In this document: one piece after another, positions 9,736 to 18,415 of the stretch
How the letters are laid out: each line of letters starts with the position of its first letter
Numbering within the stretch: position 1 is the stretch's first letter
NCBI GenBank assembly: GCA_000989305.1
Contig: LBTB01000006.1
Coordinates: forward strand, 2,448 to 66,447
From: Candidatus Shapirobacteria bacterium GW2011_GWF2_37_20
GTDB taxonomy: Bacteria; Patescibacteriota; Microgenomatia; UBA12405
DNA: 64,000 nt
Direction: 5' to 3'
Program-made: the position numbers and the translations under genes
The notes under the pieces: generated by a model
Told to the model about the DNA's origin: nothing
The model's input: only the letters and a program-made list of their open reading frames with translations
The model's database searches: none

Positions 9736-10776
9736 TTAACAATTGAGGAGTCGCTCTTCAAGAGCATAAAGTTGGTCAATACTAGTCAACTTAACAATTT
9801 CCATCCTTAATTCCTTGGCGGCAGGGTGACCGGAAACATAAAGTAAAAAGTGGCGACGGAGAGGATCGAAACGGCGGGCAGGAAAAATATCAGTAAAGTT
9901 TTTGGCGTGTAAAAGCATGGCACTAAACTTTTCCCTAAGGTCCGGTTTTTTGTCATTAAAAGCCCAGGGATTACCCATAGCGGCCCGACCAATCAAAACC
10001 CCGTTAACTCCATATTTTTTACAATAATCTAAAGCCTGAGACCGGGATTCAACATCGCCGTTACCAAAAAAAATAGTACCGGCTTTTTTGGCTAATTTGG
10101 CGGCTTTAGCAATTGAATCCCAGTTGGCAGTGCCACTATAGCCTTGTTTAAGGGTGCGACCGTGAAGAGTCAGAAAATCTAAATGATGAGAAAGTAAAAA
10201 GGGAATCCAGGTATCGGTAGTATCGGCAGAAATTCCCAAACGGGTTTTGACAGAAATAGTAGGAATTATTTTACCGGAAAATTCGGAGTATTTTAGATTT
10301 CTCTCAATGACTTTAAAAACTTTTTCCTTAAGTTTTAAATCTTTTAAAGAAACCTTCTCTTTAGAAAAATCTGAAACCGCTTTTTGAACGCTTTTTATAA
10401 TTTGGCCAGCCAATTCCGGTTTATCAATTAAGGAGGCTCCGGAGCCATGTTGAGTTACAGTTTTGGCCGGACAGCCAAAATTAACGTCGATACCATCAAA
10501 GCCTAAATAACAAAGAATTACCGCAGCGGTATAAAAACTATCAGGATCCTTGCCAAATAATTGGCCTATAATTGGGCGTTCTTGGTTTGAATAAAGCAAA
10601 GTGTCAAAGAGTTTTACCGCAGAGTGAGCCAGACCTTCGGCGCTAACAAACTCAGTAAAGATTAAATCAGGCTTGGCAATTTGACATTGAGTAATTCGAA
10701 AGGCTTCGTCAGTAATGCCGTCCAGTGGAGACAAGGCCACAATTTTTTGAGATTTTAACAAATCACGTAAAGACAT
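9736..10776 (-). CDS. dus: tRNA-dihydrouridine synthase
   Basis: LSPLDGITD, QLFG, DVNFGCP, VKTRLG, LHGRT, GNGDV, IGRAAMGNPW. Confidence 0.95.
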   Translation of the reverse strand: MSLRDLLKSQKIVALSPLDGITDEAFRITQCQIAKPDLIFTEFVSAEGLAHSAVKLFDTLLYSNQERPIIGQLFGKDPDSFYTAAVILCYLGFDGIDVNFGCPAKTVTQHGSGASLIDKPELAGQIIKSVQKAVSDFSKEKVSLKDLKLKEKVFKVIERNLKYSEFSGKIIPTISVKTRLGISADTTDTWIPFLLSHHLDFLTLHGRTLKQGYSGTANWDSIAKAAKLAKKAGTIFFGNGDVESRSQALDYCKKYGVNGVLIGRAAMGNPWAFNDKKPDLREKFSAMLLHAKNFTDIFPARRFDPLRRHFLLYVSGHPAAKELRMEIVKLTSIDQLYALEERLLNC

Positions 10777-10828
10777 GAAAGATTATACCAAAATAGATAT
10801 TATAGGCTTTTAATGATAAAATCCGCTT

Positions 10829-11290
10829 ATGGGTGGAATTGAAAAAATTATTGATCTTAGTAATAAAAATGTAGCCACTAAAGAACTTGGTGAATATTTT
10901 GATACTTATTCAAAATTTCCCTCAGCAGCAGTGGCTTGTCCCGGTGGGGCATACAGATCGTGGATAATTTCCATTTATTTGGCGGCAAATAATATGGCAA
11001 TGTGTCCTCTGAATTTTGAAACAATTAACGGCAAAAAGAAAATTTCAGCGATAGACTACCGTGATTTATGGTTTACAAGCAGAGAAAACGGCAGAATCTA
11101 TTCAAGCAGTAAAGATGGACAAATCAATAGCTCTATAGACGTGGCAGTGTTGTGCGACGATCCCGAAAGGAATCGTTCCGATAAAATAGACAGAGTTGTT
11201 AACCGGGTTGCCGGAAGAATTCCAATTTTACTACTAGAAGGAATGGAAGGAAATTTTGTTTATTTTTGTCAAAGAGTCACGATTGATTAA
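10829..11290 (+). CDS. Hypothetical protein
   Basis: 153-aa ORF; TGA-TAAAAT 6 nt before the ATG; no confident family. Confidence 0.65.
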   Translation: MGGIEKIIDLSNKNVATKELGEYFDTYSKFPSAAVACPGGAYRSWIISIYLAANNMAMCPLNFETINGKKKISAIDYRDLWFTSRENGRIYSSSKDGQINSSIDVAVLCDDPERNRSDKIDRVVNRVAGRIPILLLEGMEGNFVYFCQRVTID

Positions 11291-11809
11291 TCATTTTTTC
11301 TTGTTCCTGGCAGCAAATTTAGCACCGACTTTGGCGTGATGAAAACGTGATTCAAAAACAGACTGGCGTTGGTGTTCAAAATCTTTTGAAGAATGAAAAT
11401 GTTTTAAAGCTGGATGACCGCTCTTGTCCTCTTCTGGTTTATTAATAGTTTTAGGTGGTCTGTAGGTTGAAGAAAGAGCCTGAGCGCGCTGGGGGTGACG
11501 TTTTAGGGCCTCTTCGCGTCTGGCTTGACCTTCCGGGGTTAAAAAGGGATCGGGCTCAGCATAGTCAACAATGATACCCAAATCACCAAGTTTATATTTG
11601 TGCATTTTTTCCTTGGCGGCAACTGCTGATTCTAAAGTATCAAATTCAATAAAGCCCATACCCCGGCTTTTACCCCAGCGGTTGTGCATTATTTTTAATG
11701 AGATTACTTTTCCAAAAGGGACAAAGAGCTCCAGTAACTCCCCTTCTGAATAACGAAAAGGTAAAGAGCCTATAAATAGGCGTTTATTGGGCGAACGTTT
11801 TTGATCCAT
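11291..11809 (-). CDS. RRM RNA-binding protein with basic C-terminal extension
   Basis: RNP2 LFIGSL and RNP1 RGMGFIEF. Confidence 0.9.
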   Translation of the reverse strand: MDQKRSPNKRLFIGSLPFRYSEGELLELFVPFGKVISLKIMHNRWGKSRGMGFIEFDTLESAVAAKEKMHKYKLGDLGIIVDYAEPDPFLTPEGQARREEALKRHPQRAQALSSTYRPPKTINKPEEDKSGHPALKHFHSSKDFEHQRQSVFESRFHHAKVGAKFAARNKKK

Positions 11810-11833
11810 ATAAGGGTATTATATAATATCCAA

Positions 11834-12463
11834 GTGTTTAAATACGAAGTTTTAGTTTTAGGAGAGTTGCAAACCAATTGTTACCTGCTTTGGGATGAAG
11901 AGAGCAAAGAGGCAGTAGTGATAGACGCGGCTGACGATGGAGTGGCAATCTCTGAAGAAATCGAAAGATTACAATTAAAACTAAAATATATTTTGGCGAC
12001 ACACGGACATTTTGATCATAATTTAGGAGTTTTGGATCTAAAACTTATCTATAATATCCCCTACGCTGCCAGCCAAAAAGATTTGTTTTTACTCAAAAGA
12101 CAACAGGAAACGGCTAAGCATTTTTTAAAAATGGAGATTAAGGTGCCTAATTTAAAAAAAATTGATGTTGATTTAGATCAAAGGGATGAAATAGAAGTAG
12201 GTGGAAAAAAAATTAAAATAATCAAAACCCCCGGACACACGCCGGGCGGATTAGCATTCTTGGCCGATAACTTGTTATTTTCTGGAGATATAATTTTTGC
12301 CGAGGGTATGAGAGGCCAGACAAGCTATGGCTACTCTTCATCAAAAGAAATATATGAAAGTATTGATAAGGTACTTTGCCTACCGGAGTATACGGAAATA
12401 TTGCCAGGACACGGAGAAGAAACAACAGTGGGTGAAGCAAGAGAATTTGTTAAGAAAACGTAA
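11834..12463 (+). CDS. MBL-fold metallo-hydrolase (glyoxalase II/YcbL-like); start refined to GTG 11834
   Basis: TNCYL, THGHFDH, TPGHTPG, SGD, LPGHG. Confidence 0.92.
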   Translation: MFKYEVLVLGELQTNCYLLWDEESKEAVVIDAADDGVAISEEIERLQLKLKYILATHGHFDHNLGVLDLKLIYNIPYAASQKDLFLLKRQQETAKHFLKMEIKVPNLKKIDVDLDQRDEIEVGGKKIKIIKTPGHTPGGLAFLADNLLFSGDIIFAEGMRGQTSYGYSSSKEIYESIDKVLCLPEYTEILPGHGEETTVGEAREFVKKT

Positions 12464-12487
12464 AATAGTTTGTGTTATTGTTATGTT

Positions 12488-14137
12488 GTGATTTGGAATA
12501 TTTTTAACAAAAAAATTTATTTCAAGGTTAAAAGATCAAGTTTTACTCTCATTGAAATATTGATTGTTATGGCGACAATCGGGTTAATTTCCACTTCTGC
12601 TGTTGCCGTTATTGATCCTATAAATCTTAAAAATAAAGCCAATGATTCTGAAAGATTGGCTGATATAGAAAAAATTAAGATTGCTCAGGAAGAATATGTA
12701 AATGATAAAGGGTGTTATCCAAGTACAAATCCAGTATTAACTCAAAACTTTGATTCTAATTCATTTCTTTATGTCACTGACGGTTCAAGTTGTCCAAAAT
12801 GGTATGTGTTATTTTCGGAAATAATTTCCTATAAAAAAACAACAAATGCTTGTGATTTAGACCTGAGTTGTCTGCCTCTAAACTACCAATCAAACTGGAG
12901 TTGTTACATTGCTGGAAATTATAAATGTGACATTATTGCCAATACTCTTTTGCCAGGAATTTCAATACCAACAAGTACTCCGGTGCCAATACCAACAAGT
13001 ATCCCAGTGTCAATACCCACAATAACAGTACCAACAAAGAGTGTTGGATCAACGGCAATTATTGCCAATTGCATCCCCATTTGGGGTAAAGGTTGCACCA
13101 GAAATCAGGATTGTTGCACCGGACACTGTTTAACTTATAACAACGGCCTATGTAGTGTTCCGTTAAACCCAACGGTGACACCGGCATGGAATAATGCCTG
13201 TAAAACAAATGATTCTTCGTGTACAAACAGTAATCAGTGCTGTTCCGGAAGTTGTTCTAATTTAGACTATTGGCCGATTACAGGTAAATGTTGCGGAGGA
13301 AAAGCGGGTGCCACATGCACTACAGACACAGAATGTTGTTCCTATCTCTCTCTTTTCTGCGTTTCCGGAACATGTCAAAAAAATAATACAACAAAATTAC
13401 CCATTGGATCTACTTGTCGTCAAAGTAGTCAGTGTAGTACTGGAATTTGTGATTATAATAAATGCATTCCCTGTAAAAGTTACGGAGAATCGTGTGTTTC
13501 CAGCCGTGATTGTTGCGACAATAATTCACTAACAGGAGGGAGCTGTAGTTATTATTTAGACGGTCCCATGACCTGTATACCAAGACCTTCCCCGGTGCCA
13601 ACATTGGTGTGGCCTGAACATTGTCTGGCTCCCGGTAGTTCTTGTTATCATAGCGATGATAGTTGCTGTAACAATTACGTCTGTAAGGACAAAAAATGTA
13701 TTAGCCCTCTATCAACACCAACTCCAGTAATACCAAAAGATAACGGATCAGCTTGTACGAGAGCGGTTGAGTGTCGTTCATCGATTTGTAGTCTTGGTAT
13801 ATGTAGTCCATGTGCCGCTATTGGGGAATACTGCAGATACTATCCGCAGCCATATAGAGACGATGGTGATTGTTGTAATGGTGGCTTTTGTTATTGGGGA
13901 AGATGTAAACCAAGCGGATGGCTGTCGCCAACTCCGGATCCTGACCGTCAACAATGGGGTTCATCCTGTACCATGGATTACAGCGACACTATTGGAATAT
14001 GTAAATGTGACAATCAAAGATGTGCCAAATATGTAGATGGGGTTTTGGTGAATTGTGTACCAGCAGGTGGAGGTCCAATCGGTGGTGAAGTATCCCGTTG
14101 CTGTAGCGGGAGTGTAAGCGACGGTAAATGTTTGTAG
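12488..14137 (+). CDS. Type IV pilin/pseudopilin-like protein with a long Cys-rich repeat tail
   Basis: KRSS-FTLIEILIVMATIGLI prepilin-like motif, KANDSERLADI helix, PT-rich linker, repeated C-x6-C-x5-CC-x3-C-like modules; GTG start inferred from a TAnnnT box 6 nt upstream. Confidence 0.8.
   Translation: MIWNIFNKKIYFKVKRSSFTLIEILIVMATIGLISTSAVAVIDPINLKNKANDSERLADIEKIKIAQEEYVNDKGCYPSTNPVLTQNFDSNSFLYVTDGSSCPKWYVLFSEIISYKKTTNACDLDLSCLPLNYQSNWSCYIAGNYKCDIIANTLLPGISIPTSTPVPIPTSIPVSIPTITVPTKSVGSTAIIANCIPIWGKGCTRNQDCCTGHCLTYNNGLCSVPLNPTVTPAWNNACKTNDSSCTNSNQCCSGSCSNLDYWPITGKCCGGKAGATCTTDTECCSYLSLFCVSGTCQKNNTTKLPIGSTCRQSSQCSTGICDYNKCIPCKSYGESCVSSRDCCDNNSLTGGSCSYYLDGPMTCIPRPSPVPTLVWPEHCLAPGSSCYHSDDSCCNNYVCKDKKCISPLSTPTPVIPKDNGSACTRAVECRSSICSLGICSPCAAIGEYCRYYPQPYRDDGDCCNGGFCYWGRCKPSGWLSPTPDPDRQQWGSSCTMDYSDTIGICKCDNQRCAKYVDGVLVNCVPAGGGPIGGEVSRCCSGSVSDGKCL
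12962..13040 (+). repeat. Imperfect 24-bp tandem repeat encoding a Pro/Thr-rich linker
   Basis: tcaataccaacaagtactccggtg / ccaataccaacaagtatcccagtg / tcaatacccacaataacagta. Confidence 0.7.
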
Positions 14138-14164
14138 GACTGCAAATTATTGAACAGGATCCAA

Positions 14165-14329
14165 TCAGGATTTACGAATCGAATTAATGGTTTCTTCAAA
14201 GTTTTGGAGATTGTCCTGTTTTAGAGATTCTAAAAGTTCGACAACCAAATCCTCAAAATAGTTTTTGACTACAAGAGACTGTTGGGGGTTTAATTTTAGT
14301 TCAGTAACAAGTTGATCAATGGTTTTCAT
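14165..14329 (-). CDS. Small hypothetical protein, 54 aa (not in ORF track)
   Basis: MKTIDQLVTELKLNPQQSLVVKNYFEDLVVELLESLKQDNLQNFEETINSIRKS; TACAAT box just upstream of the ATG; fills the gap. Confidence 0.7.
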   Translation of the reverse strand: MKTIDQLVTELKLNPQQSLVVKNYFEDLVVELLESLKQDNLQNFEETINSIRKS

Positions 14330-14376
14330 GGCTATATTGTATAATATTGACGACTAGAATAGCTAATTTTAAACGA

Positions 14377-14447
14377 TACCCCATCGTCTAATGGTAGGAC
14401 ACTACGCTCTGAACGTAGGAATTGTGGTTCGAATCCATGTGGGGTAA
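14377..14447 (+). tRNA. tRNA-Gln (CUG), CCA not encoded
   Basis: Acceptor TACCCCA/TGGGGTA, anticodon arm CTACG-ctCTGaa-CGTAG, T-loop GGTTCGAATCC. Confidence 0.95.
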
Positions 14448-14480
14448 CTTATGTTTTAGTGGTGAAGTACGAAATTAAAT

Positions 14481-15314
14481 ATGAAAAGCCCCGATCATCA
14501 GAAAAGAAGCGTTTCAGAGTATGTCGAATTAGAGGCGGAGGGTGAAAAGGTTAAGCGAGCTGAAAAAGTGTCCTCTGAGAAAATTTTCGATACGACACAT
14601 GACATCTGGGATGTTGAAACGAATAAAGACCACTATTGGGTTATAACTGAACCAACAAACCTATACCCTCATTCAGATTTTCCCAGTATGGATTATGCCT
14701 TATCATTCCATGTTGGATTAATGAGCCGGATGAGTGCAAGTCAACATACAAACGCAACGGATGAAGATATTTATCGAGCACCGAAAACCTGGAGACAGTG
14801 GAAACAAGCTCACGAAGCGTTAAAATTAGCTGAAGAGGCAGAAGATTTTCAGGCCATTGGTGCCAGATGCCGAGAAGTGCTCATAACTCTAGTTCAGGAA
14901 TTAGAAACAAGCAAGCTGGTAAGGAGCGGTGATCTAGATATTAAGAAATCAGACGTTAAAAACCAGCTTGCTGCTACATATGATTTACTTGCTTCTGGAA
15001 ATGAGATGAGGAAAATTAGGGCACATCTTAAAACAAATTCTGATTCAACATGGGAACTTGTTGGTTGGTTAACACATCACAAAAATGCTGTGTTATATGA
15101 CGCAAAGTATGTTATGGATGCTACAGAACAATTAATGTTAAATACTTTAAGTATTGTAATTAGAAATGAAAAGCCAAGGCCAAGAAGATGTCCAAATTGC
15201 AAATCATATCGAGTAATTTCAGATTTTCGTTCGGAATTAATGTTTAAAGTTAAACATCCTTATGTTGAACTTTGTGAAGCTTGTGGGTGGGAGGGAGACG
15301 AACCCGAGTCTTAA
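14481..15314 (+). CDS. Hypothetical protein with C-terminal zinc ribbon
   Basis: 277 aa; WDV...WVITEPTNLY N-domain, helical middle, CPNC...CEAC at the C-terminus. Confidence 0.8.
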   Translation: MKSPDHQKRSVSEYVELEAEGEKVKRAEKVSSEKIFDTTHDIWDVETNKDHYWVITEPTNLYPHSDFPSMDYALSFHVGLMSRMSASQHTNATDEDIYRAPKTWRQWKQAHEALKLAEEAEDFQAIGARCREVLITLVQELETSKLVRSGDLDIKKSDVKNQLAATYDLLASGNEMRKIRAHLKTNSDSTWELVGWLTHHKNAVLYDAKYVMDATEQLMLNTLSIVIRNEKPRPRRCPNCKSYRVISDFRSELMFKVKHPYVELCEACGWEGDEPES

Positions 15315-15382
15315 GCGCTATAAGGGTCCTGACCTGTGTGTTCAGCGGTTTTTTATAATCAAAGGATTGTTATAATCCCACT

Positions 15383-15955
15383 ATGACAAAAGAGGAGATT
15401 GTAGAACTTATAAAAAGTGACAATTGGATGATGGAAATTCTGAGAACTACAAAAACATTGGATCTTCCTGATTGGTATATCGGAGCTGGGTTTATCAGAA
15501 GTAAGGTTTGGGATACTCTTCATGGATATTCAAAAAGGACATCACTTCCAGATGTTGACGTTATATATTTCAATAAAACAGATTTTACTGCCAATGAAGC
15601 CAATAACGAATCAACAAAAGCGGAAATTCTTTATGAGAAAAGACTAAAAAAACTATTGCCTGAAGTTGAATGGTCGGTGACGAACCAAGCCCGGATGCAT
15701 TTGTTTCACAAAACTACACCCTATAAATCGTCAGAAGAGGCACTGAGTGAATGGGTCGAAACGGCTACTTGTTTTGGAGTTAGATTAGACAATAACAATC
15801 AACTAATCCTGTCTGCTCCAAGAGGCGTTGACGATTTGGTTAATTTAGTTCTTAGACCAATTTCAGACACACCTGAGGCAGTATCTAAATTTCACCAGAG
15901 AATAGAGGATAAAAAATGGCTAGAAAAATGGCCTAAGTTAAGGGTAATAACTTAA
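15383..15955 (+). CDS. Nucleotidyltransferase family protein (DUF925-like)
   Basis: LPDWYIGAGFIRSKVWD, DVDVIYF, WSVTNQARMH, ETAT, KKWLEKWP. Confidence 0.85.
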   Translation: MTKEEIVELIKSDNWMMEILRTTKTLDLPDWYIGAGFIRSKVWDTLHGYSKRTSLPDVDVIYFNKTDFTANEANNESTKAEILYEKRLKKLLPEVEWSVTNQARMHLFHKTTPYKSSEEALSEWVETATCFGVRLDNNNQLILSAPRGVDDLVNLVLRPISDTPEAVSKFHQRIEDKKWLEKWPKLRVIT

Positions 15956-16012
15956 ATAATAATTTAAAAAGTACCACTGAGATAACAGAGTAAATAGAGG
16001 TAGAATTAAGAT

Positions 16013-16321
16013 ATGATGCAAACACAAAATATTGGTCAAACCATACAGTATCAGGATAATTCGGTTGTTAGTAAGGAGATTGTGAACAAGCCCATGGGGA
16101 CGGTGACCCTTTTTGCTTTTGATAAAGGCCAGGGGTTGAGTGAGCATAGCGCTCCATATAATGCATATGTTTCTATCTTAGACGGAGAGGCAGAGATTAC
16201 CGTTTCCGGGATAAAAAATGAGGTAAAAACCGGTGAAATGTTGTTGATGCCAGCAAATGCACCACACTTACTAAAGGCAATAAAACCATTTAAAATGATG
16301 CTGACAATGGTTAAATCTTAG
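16013..16321 (+). CDS. Cupin domain protein
   Basis: TLFAFDKGQGLSEHSAP...GEA...MPANAPH. Confidence 0.9.
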   Translation: MMQTQNIGQTIQYQDNSVVSKEIVNKPMGTVTLFAFDKGQGLSEHSAPYNAYVSILDGEAEITVSGIKNEVKTGEMLLMPANAPHLLKAIKPFKMMLTMVKS

Positions 16322-16865
16322 TTATTGGTTTTGATTTCTGTCCACCGAAGTTATATAAGAAGATTTGGTGATGACGTTTTACTGGTTTTAGTTTTGTAAA
16401 AGGATAATCATTGACTACAAGTCGAGTCGAATGCTTAATTTTTTTCTCGAGCAATAATTGGAGACGATTCATTAAATGAGGGAATAGATAGACAGTGACA
16501 ACATTGGCCCGGGAGAAATCAGCCGTCCAAAAACTTTTACGATACACTGTGGCTAATTTTTCAAGCTTAGCTTGACGGATGAGACAACGAGAGCGACGGA
16601 CCAAAAAGGGATTAATTTCGTAACCTATTGCGGCGGCTCCAAGTTGGGCGGCGGCAATAAGAATTCGACCATCACCGGAACCAAGATCAATAAGAGTATC
16701 CCCTGGCCCGACACGAGCAAGTTTTAACATGCGGACAATGGTTGAATTTGCACTGGGATAATAGACGGCTCCCGGATGAAAAATCTTGATATAGACCTGA
16801 TAGGTAATAAAGGAGATTAAGAAACTTAATAATAAAAATACCAGTAAATAAAGTAGGGTTAGCAC
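16311..16865 (-). CDS. Class I SAM-dependent methyltransferase with N-terminal TM helix (start refined to GTG 16865)
   Basis: GAVYYPS, IDLGSGDGR, GYEINP, VYLFP; refined start avoids overlap with the lactate permease. Confidence 0.85.
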   Translation of the reverse strand: MLTLLYLLVFLLLSFLISFITYQVYIKIFHPGAVYYPSANSTIVRMLKLARVGPGDTLIDLGSGDGRILIAAAQLGAAAIGYEINPFLVRRSRCLIRQAKLEKLATVYRKSFWTADFSRANVVTVYLFPHLMNRLQLLLEKKIKHSTRLVVNDYPFTKLKPVKRHHQIFLYNFGGQKSKPITKI

Positions 16866-16914
16866 TTGTCTAAATATAACATTTTGAAAACAGGCAACTG
16901 TGTATAATTGAACT

Positions 16915-18414
16915 GTGGATTTGATTCGTTTAGTTTTGGCAATATTACCATTTTTATTGTTTTGTATTCTTTTGATTTTTCGCCGGTCAACATCCTTGAT
17001 TAAGATTTCGTTTGTGACTTTAGTTCTTACAACGGTTATTGCCGTTGTTTTCTGGTATTGTTCATTTTCAACTGTACTTATTTCAACGACCAGAGGCTTG
17101 ATAATTGCAGTTGATATTTTGCTGATTATTTTTGGAGCAATATTTTTTCTAGAAATTCTTAGAAAGAATAAAGTCACGGAAAGCCTGGCTGTTCACTTGG
17201 ACCATTTTTCCTCAGACATCCGGGTTCAAGTAATATTGTTAGCTTGGTTTTTAGAGAATTTTTTGGAAGGAATAGCGGGCTTTGGAACTCCCTCAACCGT
17301 GGTTGCACCCTTGCTAATCGTTTTAGGTATTTCTCCCTTAAAAGCAGTAATTATAGCCTTACTGGGAAACAGTACTTCCGTGCCTTTTGGTGCCGTGGGT
17401 ACTCCAATCCGGATTGGTTTTGCCGGTATTGACATTGATCTAATTTCAATTGCCTCAACAACAGCGTTATATAATTTCGTGGGGTTGTTGGTTCCCACAT
17501 TCATGCTTTGGGTACTGGTTTCATCAAAAGAGAATCGTTTTGCATTGTTTAAGCAGGCACTGCCCTTTGCCCTATGGTCGGGAATTGCTTTCGTTGTTCC
17601 CTCTTATTTGGTTTCGCTGTTTGGAATTGAATTTCCTTCTATTTTGGGATCAATAATAGGAGTTATTTTGGTTATTATTACCGGACGTTTGGGTATTTTT
17701 ACCCCAAAACCCATATATCGTAACGCAAAGGACATAAAAAATAGTTCTAGTCCCTTGAGCTTGAAGCTGTCAGTTTTACCCTATGCTCTATTTATTTTTT
17801 TATTAATTTTGGCTAAATTTTTATTATCAAACTCAACCATTTCGGTCCCCTGGTTATCATATAGCATAAATTTATTTAATCCTGGTTTTGTTTTTATTGT
17901 TTCAACTCTGGTTGTGGCATATTATTCAAAAATTCATTGGTCACAAATTAGCAAGGTGGCTCGATTGGCACTTAATAAATCAATAGAGCCCTTCCTGGTT
18001 ATTTTTGCCATGTCGGCAGTTGTCCAATTAATGAATAACTCAGCAAATATTACCCACCAACTTCCCTCCATTACTCAAACACTGTCCATGTTTTTTAGAA
18101 CGCAATTTCTGCCAGCTTTGGCTCCCTTTATCGGTGCACTCGGAAGTTTCATCACCGGTAGTGCAACAGTTTCAAACTTGATGTTTGCCCCGTCAATTTA
18201 TTCTTCGAGCTTATTCCTAGGTCTCGATCCAATAAAGATTCTGGCTTTAACTGTAGTGGGGGCTGGAGCGGGAAATATGATTGCGCTGGCTGATGTCTTG
18301 GTAGCAAAAACGGTTGCCGGAGTAACCAATAGTCTGAGAGATATTATTCTTTTACTTTTGCCTTACTGCATAATTTATTTGGTTTTAGTGGCTTTACTTG
18401 GTTACTTTACGTGA
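16915..18414 (+). CDS. L-lactate permease family transporter
   Basis: FLEGIAGFGTP, NSTSVPFGAVGTP, FITGSATVSNLMF, GAGAGNMI; many TM helices. Confidence 0.9.
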   Translation: MDLIRLVLAILPFLLFCILLIFRRSTSLIKISFVTLVLTTVIAVVFWYCSFSTVLISTTRGLIIAVDILLIIFGAIFFLEILRKNKVTESLAVHLDHFSSDIRVQVILLAWFLENFLEGIAGFGTPSTVVAPLLIVLGISPLKAVIIALLGNSTSVPFGAVGTPIRIGFAGIDIDLISIASTTALYNFVGLLVPTFMLWVLVSSKENRFALFKQALPFALWSGIAFVVPSYLVSLFGIEFPSILGSIIGVILVIITGRLGIFTPKPIYRNAKDIKNSSSPLSLKLSVLPYALFIFLLILAKFLLSNSTISVPWLSYSINLFNPGFVFIVSTLVVAYYSKIHWSQISKVARLALNKSIEPFLVIFAMSAVVQLMNNSANITHQLPSITQTLSMFFRTQFLPALAPFIGALGSFITGSATVSNLMFAPSIYSSSLFLGLDPIKILALTVVGAGAGNMIALADVLVAKTVAGVTNSLRDIILLLLPYCIIYLVLVALLGYFT

Positions 18415-18415
18415 A

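Noticed and set aside
12962-14137. CRISPR array or diversity-generating retroelement in the Cys-rich region
   Set aside because: Repeats are at protein level only; there are no constant DNA repeats with spacers, no reverse transcriptase and no adenine-variant TR/VR pair.
16866-17177. N-terminal extension of the methyltransferase ORF in the track
   Set aside because: It overlaps the lactate permease antisense; GTG 16865 with an upstream -10-like box gives a normal-sized protein.
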